NCBI RefSeq assembly: GCF_000299365.1
Contig: NC_018655.1
Location: 510,001 to 542,000, forward strand
Length of the DNA stretch: 32,000 nucleotides
DNA from: Candidatus Nitrosopumilus koreensis AR1
Lineage (GTDB): Archaea > Thermoproteota > Nitrososphaeria > Nitrososphaerales > Nitrosopumilaceae
Direction: 5' to 3'
In this document: in pieces, positions 10,513 through 18,046 of the stretch
Numbering within the stretch: the stretch's first letter is position 1
How the letters are laid out: every line of letters begins with the position of its first letter
Notes under the pieces: model-generated
Database searches by the model: none
What the model was told of the DNA's origin: nothing
Seen by the model: only the letters and a program-made list of their open reading frames with translations
Made by a program: the position numbers and the translations under genes

Positions 10513-10716
10513 ATGAAAATCATACTAACAAAAACTACTTATGTTATGAACCTCCTACTTTCAATTATGGGAACGCGAATTAGCTTAGTTATAGATGACA
10601 TTGTTTATGATAGACTACGGAAAATACAAGCAAGAATGATTCAAAATTCCAATGAATCTATATCCTTTTCTAGAGTTGTAAATGAATGTCTGGCCAAATC
10701 TGTTAAGACCAAATAA
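10513..10716 (+). CDS. ribbon-helix-helix-like small protein
   Basis: 67 aa; core MGTRISLVIDDIVYDRLRKIQARMIQNSNESISFSRVVNECLAKSV fits strand + two helices. Likely true start is ATG at 10567. Confidence 0.55.
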   Translation: MKIILTKTTYVMNLLLSIMGTRISLVIDDIVYDRLRKIQARMIQNSNESISFSRVVNECLAKSVKTK

Positions 10717-10757
10717 TCATAATGTGTCTAATCAAAAATAATGCGGAATTCATCTGT

Positions 10758-11105
10758 CTAATTATTTTTCTGCATAAAGAGGCCTAGCATTGTATGTCCT
10801 TTGTCTGTAATTGTGTAGATCATATTTGATCCAACTGCTTCTTTTTTGATAAAGTTGTAGTCTACACACAGGTGAAGATAGTTCAGAAATGACTTCTTCA
10901 TTCTGATCTTTGATTTTGAATACAATTCTGAAAATGTCATTGGATTTCCTCTTAATTGATACAACAATTTCAATAAAGATAATGTACTGTAATCCTTGGT
11001 TCTTGCTTTTACTGCTCCAAGAATTTCTTCATCTCTTTTGATTATGAAATCTTCGAATTGTTCTGCCACTTCTAGTGGTACATATGTTAGTCTTGCTCGC
11101 ATCAT
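10758..11105 (-). CDS. winged-helix DNA-binding-like hypothetical protein
   Basis: 115 aa; LSLLKLLYQLRGNPMTFSELYSKSKIRMKKSFLNYLHLCVDYNFIKKEAVGSNMIYTITDKGHTML resembles an archaeal wHTH with terminal wing. Confidence 0.65.
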   Translation of the reverse strand: MMRARLTYVPLEVAEQFEDFIIKRDEEILGAVKARTKDYSTLSLLKLLYQLRGNPMTFSELYSKSKIRMKKSFLNYLHLCVDYNFIKKEAVGSNMIYTITDKGHTMLGLFMQKNN

Positions 11106-11116
11106 ACTGTACAGTA
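11105..11116. promoter_or_regulatory. perfect 12-bp palindrome TACTGTACAGTA abutting the start of the wHTH gene
   Basis: Read directly; extends into a GTAC-A-GTAC-G-GTAC cluster (11109-11122). Confidence 0.45.
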
Positions 11117-11285
11117 CGGTACATTACCTTATTAGTCTTTAACTTGAGCTTTATTGATCTTTCTAGCTGATTTTTTTACACTTTTGCTTTGTGCCTACCC
11201 TCTTCCTAGATTATCACATTCCGATCAAATCTTATCTATGATTTTTGCCTAATCTCATAAATATCCCCTTTTTTGAAAATTATTT

Positions 11286-11867
11286 GTGAAAAAAATAGAG
11301 GCTGTAATAAAAAGGAAAAATTTCCCTACAATTAAAACTCATTTGAATACTGTTGGCACTTACATTATTGACAAACGAAATTTAGAAGACAGCAATATCT
11401 ATGATGAATCAAGAGGTTCACGTGTTGGTTCCACTGGCTTAAAATCTATTCCTCTGGCAAAAATTGAAACTGTTGTTCCAGATAAAGATGCAAGAAAAGT
11501 TGTTGAAATGATTTCAAAAAATTCTGGTTTGTCTGCAACTCATGGCGGAAAAATCTTTGTCTCTGAAATGGAAGAAGTGGTTGATATGGAAACTAATGAT
11601 GGTCAAAAAGATCTTGAGATTCCTTTTGAGGAAAATGTGGAAAGAAAATCATTGCCAAAACGAAGTAGATTTGTTCCTTTGCAAAAATTTACTTTACATA
11701 AACTCCAAGTAATATATGAAGAAAACAAAGATACGCTTCGAACTGATTATCGAATCAAATCATTTAGTGATTTTGTAAACCATTGCATCATGAAATATCT
11801 CCCAACATTGGAAAAACAATTGAAAAATCCTACAGTTATTTATGAAAATAATTTTGGGGATTTTTAA
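11286..11867 (+). CDS. divergent nitrogen regulatory P-II-like protein with C-terminal extension
   Basis: 193 aa; MKKIEAVIKRKNFPTIKTHL ... LAKIETVVPDKDARKVVEMISKNSG...HGGKIFVSEMEEVVDM matches the P-II fold pattern; ~90 aa RHH-like extension follows. Confidence 0.75.
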   Translation: MKKIEAVIKRKNFPTIKTHLNTVGTYIIDKRNLEDSNIYDESRGSRVGSTGLKSIPLAKIETVVPDKDARKVVEMISKNSGLSATHGGKIFVSEMEEVVDMETNDGQKDLEIPFEENVERKSLPKRSRFVPLQKFTLHKLQVIYEENKDTLRTDYRIKSFSDFVNHCIMKYLPTLEKQLKNPTVIYENNFGDF

Positions 11868-11868
11868 T

Positions 11869-11964
11869 TTAGAAAATGTAATCTGAAAATAACCATAAAC
11901 CTACTAGTGTTAGGCCCACTGCTGCCATTATCAATTTTGCAATCGTGATTTTAGATGTTTTCAT
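11869..11964 (-). CDS. putative single-TM microprotein (31 aa), downstream of glnK
   Basis: Not in the supplied ORF track. Minus-strand reading: MKTSKITIAKLIMAAVGLTLVGLWLFSDYIF*; ATG overlaps upstream ORF stop (ATGA). Confidence 0.4.
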   Translation of the reverse strand: MKTSKITIAKLIMAAVGLTLVGLWLFSDYIF

Positions 11965-12089
11965 ATGAATAGTAATAATATTGGTGGTATAACAATTATG
12001 CCTACGATTGCAGCTACTTTTGGATAGTCTTTGGGTTTTATGGGCTGCATCTTTTCTCTATGAAATAATTTACTTTTACGAATATTCAT
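11961..12089 (-). CDS. putative single-TM microprotein (42 aa; 29 aa from internal ATG at 12050)
   Basis: Not in the supplied ORF track. Reading: MNIRKSKLFHREKMQPIKPKDYPKVAAIVGIIVIPPILLLFI*; starts 6 nt after the glnK stop codon. Confidence 0.45.
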   Translation of the reverse strand: MNIRKSKLFHREKMQPIKPKDYPKVAAIVGIIVIPPILLLFI

Positions 12090-12095
12090 GTACAC

Positions 12096-12428
12096 TCACA
12101 TTATTGTTGATTCGCCTTCTTCGCCAGTTGCAATATCTACTGCACGTAATACCTGTGAAACGAAAATTTTACCGACTCTGCCATTTTCTTTAATGATGTT
12201 TATCACTTCATCTTCTTTAGATTCTGGTATAATAGCTTCAATCCAATATTTGTCATTGAACTGAGGGACAAAAATCTCGCTTCCTTTTGATGCGTGAATT
12301 TCTGGTCCTGGCTTTTTTCCTCTACCTCTAACTTTGCCTACTGTGAGTCCGCCTATGCCTATTTCTTTTAGTGCCTCACTAATTGCCATGACATCATTTT
12401 CGCCAAGAATGACTTCTATTTTGAGCAT
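12096..12428 (-). CDS. glnK: nitrogen regulatory protein P-II
   Basis: 110 aa; MLKIEVILGENDVMAISEALKEIGIGGLTVGKVRGRGKKPG...GKIFVSQVLRAVDIATGEEGE; next to an ammonium transporter. Confidence 0.9.
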   Translation of the reverse strand: MLKIEVILGENDVMAISEALKEIGIGGLTVGKVRGRGKKPGPEIHASKGSEIFVPQFNDKYWIEAIIPESKEDEVINIIKENGRVGKIFVSQVLRAVDIATGEEGESTIM

Positions 12429-12544
12429 TTGATAATTGTAATTTCTACTTGATAAATATAATTTCTGATTTTGTAGACCAAATGATTATCATTTGACAAT
12501 CAAATTAGGATATTGTTATTAATTAAAAACAATTTTTTTTCTCA

Positions 12545-13855
12545 ATGGTACTTGATTCTGGTGATACAGCATGGATGCTAGTAGCTGGAAGTCTTGTATT
12601 GCTTATGATCCCTGCATTGGGTCTTTTTGAATCTGGTTTACTAAGAAAGAAAAATGCGGCTTCAATTTTTATGCAGATATTTTTTGGTTTGGCACTTTTG
12701 AGTGTAATGTGGTTTGTATTTGGATTTAGTTTGTCTTTTGGTCCTTCTGATGAACTTGGTCTTATTGGTGATATGAATTGGGTTTTTCTCAAAGGCGTTC
12801 CATCTGATGCTCCTCTAGACTATGCACCAACAATTCCAGGCGTTCTGTTTGTAAAATTCCAATTGATGTTTGCTTGTATTACTCCATTGTTACTTACAGG
12901 AACAATTGCTGAAAGAATGAAGTTCAGCTCTTTTATCATATTTATTGCAGCATGGTCTACACTGATCTACTATCCTCTTGTACACTGGGTATGGGGTGGC
13001 GGTTGGTTAGCACAACTAGGAGTTGTAGACTTTGCAGGAGGCATTGTAATTCACACTAGTGTTGGTATGGCAGCTCTGGCTGCTGCGTTGGTACTTGGAA
13101 AGAGGAGGAATTATGGTCCTGCTATTATGATTCCTCATAGTATTCCACTTGCAGTTTTAGGTTCATCTTTGTTATGGCTTGGATGGTTTGGCTTTAATGC
13201 AGGCAGTGCACTTGCAGCATCTGGTGGTGTTGCAGGAAACACTGTTATCGTAACTCATATGGCTTCATCTGTTTCAGCCTTGATTTGGGGTGGGCTTTCA
13301 TGGGTAAGAACTGGAAAGCCTTCTGTTGTTGCTACAATTAATGGTGCAATTGCCGGACTTGCTGGAATTACACCTGCATCCGGATTTGTTAGTGCTGAAC
13401 ATGCATTTGTAATTGGTATTGCAATTGGTGTAATATCATACTCTGGCGTGGTGTTATTCAAAGAAAAACTACACATTGATGATGCACTTGATGTTAGTTC
13501 AGTTCACGGTGTTGCTGGTATTGTAGGTTCTCTTGCAATTGGTATCTTTGCAAGTACCATGATCAATCCTGGTGGAGTAGATGGATTGCTATTTGGTAAC
13601 CCTGATCAACTATGGATTCAAGCCGTAGGTGTTGGTGTTGCAGGTGCAATTGGATTTGGTGGAACATGGATACTGATGCAAATAATCAAACATTTGATTG
13701 GCATTAGAGTCACACCTGAAGTTGAAGACGTTGGTCTTGATATTAGTGAGCATGCAGAATCTGCATATTCAGATGAAGAAGAATTCATGTTAGATATGGA
13801 TACATACACAGATGAATTACAGAAAAAAGATGAAATCTTTAGAAAAAAGAAATAA
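12545..13855 (+). CDS. amt: ammonium transporter (Amt/Rh family)
   Basis: 436 aa; GDTAWMLVAGSLVLLMIPALGLFESGLLRKKN, DFAGGIVIHTSVGMAALAAAL, LGWFGFNAGSAL, DDALDVSSVHGVAGIVGSLAIGIFA. Confidence 0.96.
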   Translation: MVLDSGDTAWMLVAGSLVLLMIPALGLFESGLLRKKNAASIFMQIFFGLALLSVMWFVFGFSLSFGPSDELGLIGDMNWVFLKGVPSDAPLDYAPTIPGVLFVKFQLMFACITPLLLTGTIAERMKFSSFIIFIAAWSTLIYYPLVHWVWGGGWLAQLGVVDFAGGIVIHTSVGMAALAAALVLGKRRNYGPAIMIPHSIPLAVLGSSLLWLGWFGFNAGSALAASGGVAGNTVIVTHMASSVSALIWGGLSWVRTGKPSVVATINGAIAGLAGITPASGFVSAEHAFVIGIAIGVISYSGVVLFKEKLHIDDALDVSSVHGVAGIVGSLAIGIFASTMINPGGVDGLLFGNPDQLWIQAVGVGVAGAIGFGGTWILMQIIKHLIGIRVTPEVEDVGLDISEHAESAYSDEEEFMLDMDTYTDELQKKDEIFRKKK

Positions 13856-13986
13856 ATCTCTCACATTTTTCACTTTAAATTTTTTTAACTTAGAAATATC
13901 TATGTGGTTCCAAAAAAACAATTTGTAGTTTAAAATGAAAACGCTGAAATATTCCCACAAATTTTAGTCATACAGAGATAAACAAT

Positions 13987-14361
13987 TTGACTAACAAATA
14001 TGATGGATTATGTGATGAAATTCTTGCTTTAGATGATAAAGTTCGATTTGCCGGTATTGCAAACAGCAAAGGTGAATTAATTGCAGGTGGTCAAAAAGAT
14101 AATGTTGACAAGTTACTTGTAGGCGACGAAGTTAAAATGTCCATTCATTATGCATTACAAAAAAGAGATTTGTATACTAATTTGGCCTATAAAATAGGAG
14201 ATGAGCATTCATCAATTACTGAGTATGAGAAAGTAACAATGATTAGCATTCCTGTAAATTCTAGTGAGTTGTTTTTGATCAGTACCGAACCTCGAGCAGA
14301 TTATTTGAAAATTATAGATACTGCTCACGCTAAACTTGATTCTCTAAAAGAATCTCAATAA
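13987..14361 (+). CDS. thaumarchaeal DUF6659-like hypothetical protein
   Basis: 124 aa; MTNKYDGLCDEILALDDKVRFAGIANSKGELIAGGQKD...; Roadblock-like appearance. Family name is from memory. TTG start. Confidence 0.6.
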   Translation: MTNKYDGLCDEILALDDKVRFAGIANSKGELIAGGQKDNVDKLLVGDEVKMSIHYALQKRDLYTNLAYKIGDEHSSITEYEKVTMISIPVNSSELFLISTEPRADYLKIIDTAHAKLDSLKESQ

Positions 14362-14474
14362 CTGTCTCTCTTGTTTTGTGCCTAGATGATAAAGTTAGAA
14401 TTAGCTTGAATTGTTTGAATTGTAAAAATATAGTAAATGATTTACTTTAAACACCTATCTTCTAAACATTTCTT

Positions 14475-15410
14475 GTGGATATAGTACTCAGCACAGCTCT
14501 TACTATTGTAGGGTTGGTGATGCTTTGCTTTGGTGGAAATTGGTTAGTTAGTGGCGGTGTCACCATTGCCAGAAAATTTCGTATCAGTAATCTTGTAATT
14601 GGAATGACTATTGTAGCATATGGTACATCTACTCCGGAACTTGCTGCAAGTGTAGCAGCTGCAGGTGAACATAGTGCAATTATTCTGGGAAATGTTGTTG
14701 GAAGTAATATTGCAAATGTTGGCATGGTGATTGGTATTGCCTCAATTATTGTTCCACTTGCAATTCAAAAATCTGTACTACGAAAAGAAATACCAATTAT
14801 GTTGGGTGTTTCTGTTTTACTTATTTTAATTTCAATTGACGGTGAATTGTCAATATATGATGGAGTATTGTTACTTGTTGGATTAGGTGTATTTGGATAT
14901 TATACTTTCAAAGATGCAATGAAACAACGAGAGGAAACTAAAGACCAAATCCCACAAGGTGGAAACAATATCTATCTAAAATCTATAGGTTTGATTGGAC
15001 TTGGTATTGGCCTTTTGTATGTTGGTGCTATTTTGACTGTAGATAATGCGGTAATACTTGCTAAAGAATTTGGTTTATCTGAAAAAATAATTGGCTTGAC
15101 TGTGATTGCAATTGGAACTTCTCTACCAGAATTAATTACTTCTATCATTGCAATTAGAAAAGGACATGGAGATATTGGTGTTGGTAATATCATAGGAAGC
15201 AACATCTACAATATCTTGATGATTATGGGTGTTGGTGCTGCCCTTGGCGGCGTAATAATTTCTGCGGATGTTTTTGTTGATTATGCAATCATGATCTTGT
15301 TTAGTATTGCATTGTTAATTGGCCTGAAAACAGGCATAATTAATAGAACCATGGGTGTGTGTCTGGCAGTAGGGTATGTACTTTATCTTGTCCTGACTTT
15401 TTTTAAATAA
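14475..15410 (+). CDS. calcium/sodium antiporter (CaCA family, YrbG-like)
   Basis: 311 aa; two alpha repeats: VAYGTSTPELAASVAAAGEHSAIILGNVVGSNIANVG and IAIGTSLPELITSIIAIRKGHGDIGVGNIIGSNIYNI. Confidence 0.92.
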   Translation: MDIVLSTALTIVGLVMLCFGGNWLVSGGVTIARKFRISNLVIGMTIVAYGTSTPELAASVAAAGEHSAIILGNVVGSNIANVGMVIGIASIIVPLAIQKSVLRKEIPIMLGVSVLLILISIDGELSIYDGVLLLVGLGVFGYYTFKDAMKQREETKDQIPQGGNNIYLKSIGLIGLGIGLLYVGAILTVDNAVILAKEFGLSEKIIGLTVIAIGTSLPELITSIIAIRKGHGDIGVGNIIGSNIYNILMIMGVGAALGGVIISADVFVDYAIMILFSIALLIGLKTGIINRTMGVCLAVGYVLYLVLTFFK

Positions 15411-15421
15411 TATTCCGTCAT

Positions 15422-16780
15422 CTAAATTGAATTAACTTTGATATTTTTTACTTTAATTGATGGTGTTACTGAGGGGAGTGATGCCCATTGGATGACGTTT
15501 TGTTGATTATTCCCAATTTCTAAAATATTTTTTAACATTATTGGAAGATTGTGAATTATTCTTACAGATTTTCCAGGGTTTTTAATTTCTCCATTTTCTA
15601 TAATTCTAACTCCGCTTCGTGCAGTACATGAAAAATCCCCTTTGATGGGATTCACTGCATATGTGTACCACAATCTCCCAATTAGTAACCCGTGTTTTGT
15701 ATCTTTAATCATATCTTCTTGCGAGGATTCTCCTGAATTGATTTTCAAATTATGTGGTGCTGATATTGGAATTGGTTCCGAACTTCGACCCATTGGAGAA
15801 CCTATTCTTGCAGCATTTCCAGTTGATTTTTTATCTTCTTTGTAACTATCAAAAAGATTTGAAAAAGTATTTTTAAAAACTCCATTTTGAATTAAATTAT
15901 TTTTTTGTGTCTTTAATCCTTCATCGTCAACTGATTTTGTTCCAATTCCTTCTGCAATATGGGGATCGTCTGTTAAATTAAAATCTGAAACTGCCACTTC
16001 TTCTTCTAAGTTATTTGAAAAACAGCTTTTCTTTTCTGAAAATGTTTTAAAATTAAAATTTAACGCTACTACAAATGCCAATAATTCTCCAACAGAATAT
16101 GGTTCAAAAATTATGGAATAGACATCTGTATCAATTTTTTTAGGATTTATTGACTCGATACACATTTTCTTTGCATCATTGCCAATCTGTTCTGCTGAAA
16201 ACTTTGATAACGTTCTACCGCTGACATGACCAATTCCTGATACTGGTAATGTTCCGTGTTCTGACTCTGCATTTATGATTCCTGAGATGTATGTTGATTT
16301 ATCTTTGAGATGTAGTCCGTTGGAGTTTTCTAGCTCAAAAAGTTCTGAAACTATGTTTAGTGAGCCTGTAATCGTATCAATTTTATCTGAATTTGTTGAA
16401 TTTATCATAGTTTGTGCGATATCCATTGCATCTGCACCTGTAATTTTTTCTAATTTTTCATCAAAAGTTCCTTTGAGATTTGTGATTGATACAGTTTCAG
16501 GTAGTCCCATCCAAAATTCTTTTGGTTTTAGATTTGATGTGGTTGAAAGTGCTAAATCTATTGCTTTTCCTAACTCTTCTTCCTTGTTGGTCTGAATGGA
16601 TGCAATTTTGTTTCCATGAATTAATCTCACTCCAAAACTCTTATCGAAACTTTGTTTAATTTCTGCAATCTCTGAATCTGTAATTCTTACTGTGATAATC
16701 TTTTTTTTCACAAAACTTATTTCACATTCATCAATTTGCCTTTTTTTTGAATGTTGTAATGCCTTTTCTAAGGCAGACAA
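15422..16780 (-). CDS. TldD/PmbA family protein (TldE/PmbA-like)
   Basis: 452 aa; SFGVRLIHGNKIASIQTN, C-terminal GLLIGRLWYTYAVNPIKGDFSCTARSGVRIIENGEI; TTG start immediately after cofH stop. Confidence 0.82.
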   Translation of the reverse strand: MSALEKALQHSKKRQIDECEISFVKKKIITVRITDSEIAEIKQSFDKSFGVRLIHGNKIASIQTNKEEELGKAIDLALSTTSNLKPKEFWMGLPETVSITNLKGTFDEKLEKITGADAMDIAQTMINSTNSDKIDTITGSLNIVSELFELENSNGLHLKDKSTYISGIINAESEHGTLPVSGIGHVSGRTLSKFSAEQIGNDAKKMCIESINPKKIDTDVYSIIFEPYSVGELLAFVVALNFNFKTFSEKKSCFSNNLEEEVAVSDFNLTDDPHIAEGIGTKSVDDEGLKTQKNNLIQNGVFKNTFSNLFDSYKEDKKSTGNAARIGSPMGRSSEPIPISAPHNLKINSGESSQEDMIKDTKHGLLIGRLWYTYAVNPIKGDFSCTARSGVRIIENGEIKNPGKSVRIIHNLPIMLKNILEIGNNQQNVIQWASLPSVTPSIKVKNIKVNSI

Positions 16781-18046
16781 TTACTTTCTCCTTGGATTTT
16801 GATAATTGAATTTGTTTATTTTAATCAATTCTACATATGATCCAAACTGTGTTGTGTTTGTAATTTTGTCAAGTTTGTCTTCTGATTCGTCACTGTCTTC
16901 AAACTTTTTTATTATTTTGTATTTTGTATTTCTTTCTGCAGGGACTCTGTTGATTTCTCTTACCATCCTTCTAATTTCTTTTGGTCTCAATAATTGTCCG
17001 TGTTCTGAACCTGCAGAAGTTGAAATACTTTCGTTAATTAAAGTTCCACCAAAATCATTAGCTCCCCACATTAATAATAATTGAGACATTTTTTGTCCTT
17101 CTTTAACCCATGACATCTGTATGTTATCGATGTAATTGTTCAACATTATTCTTGCAATTGCATGGGTGAGTAAAACATCGTTTCCACTTCCTCCCTGTCT
17201 AATTCCTTCATGTAATTGATGTTTGTACATTGGTGCTTCTGTATGAATAAAATTAAGCGGAACAAATTCTGTAAAACCCTTGGTTTCTTTTTGAATTTCC
17301 CTTAATTTTTCAATATGTTTTACTCTATCTTCATGAGATTCCAAGTGCCCAAACATCATAGTTGATGTTGTGTTTATTCCAATTTTGTGGGCGTTTTTGA
17401 TGACTCTTTCCCAATCTTTCACACTAATTCTGCCTGGTGAAATTTTGTCTCTTAATCTTTGATCAAGGATTTCAGCTGAAGTGCCTGGAAGTGTATCTAC
17501 TCCTGCTTCTTTCATTCTTTTGAGAAATTCTTCTATGCTTACACCTGAACGTGTGGCTCCATACAGAATTTCTTCAGGTGAGAATCCATGGATATGAATG
17601 TCTGGAATTTCCTTTTTGATTTCCCTACAAATATTTTCATACACATCTCCTTCCATGTCTGGTGGAAGCCCTGCTTGAATACAAACTTCAGTTGCCCCTA
17701 ACTGATGTGCCTCTTTTGCTCGACGTACGATCTCTTCTGTTGGTAGAAAATATCCTTCCTCTTCTCTAAAATCTCTGCTAAAAGCACAAAATCCACATTG
17801 TTTGATACATACATTTGTAAAATTGATATTTCTATTTACTACATAAGATACGACATTTCCTACTCTTCTCTTTCTTAATTCATCTGCTACCATTCCCACT
17901 AGATGAAACTCAATTCCAGATGTATTGTACAATTCCAAACCTTCTTTTGCAGAAACTTCTTTTTCTGAAAGAGCTTTGTTTAGAATTTCTGAAACAATCG
18001 GATCTGTATCTCTGAAAATAGCATCTATGTTTCTTATCATCTCCAA
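16781..18046 (-). CDS. cofH: FO synthase subunit 2 (CofH)
   Basis: 421 aa; VSYVVNRNINFTNVCIKQCGFCAFSR, LCIQAGLPPD-like CIQAGLPPDMEGDVY, TSAEILDQRLRDKISPGRIS. Confidence 0.94.
   Translation of the reverse strand: MEMIRNIDAIFRDTDPIVSEILNKALSEKEVSAKEGLELYNTSGIEFHLVGMVADELRKRRVGNVVSYVVNRNINFTNVCIKQCGFCAFSRDFREEEGYFLPTEEIVRRAKEAHQLGATEVCIQAGLPPDMEGDVYENICREIKKEIPDIHIHGFSPEEILYGATRSGVSIEEFLKRMKEAGVDTLPGTSAEILDQRLRDKISPGRISVKDWERVIKNAHKIGINTTSTMMFGHLESHEDRVKHIEKLREIQKETKGFTEFVPLNFIHTEAPMYKHQLHEGIRQGGSGNDVLLTHAIARIMLNNYIDNIQMSWVKEGQKMSQLLLMWGANDFGGTLINESISTSAGSEHGQLLRPKEIRRMVREINRVPAERNTKYKIIKKFEDSDESEDKLDKITNTTQFGSYVELIKINKFNYQNPRRK

Noticed and set aside
10513-11105. Toxin-antitoxin pair (RHH antitoxin plus neighbour)
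   Set aside because: The neighbour is a convergent winged-helix protein, not a PIN/RelE/MazF-like toxin, and no toxin motif is present on either side.
13255-13476. - strand ORF inside amt
   Set aside because: Antisense shadow of conserved Amt sequence. The same reasoning applies to 12523..12792 and 13618..13809.
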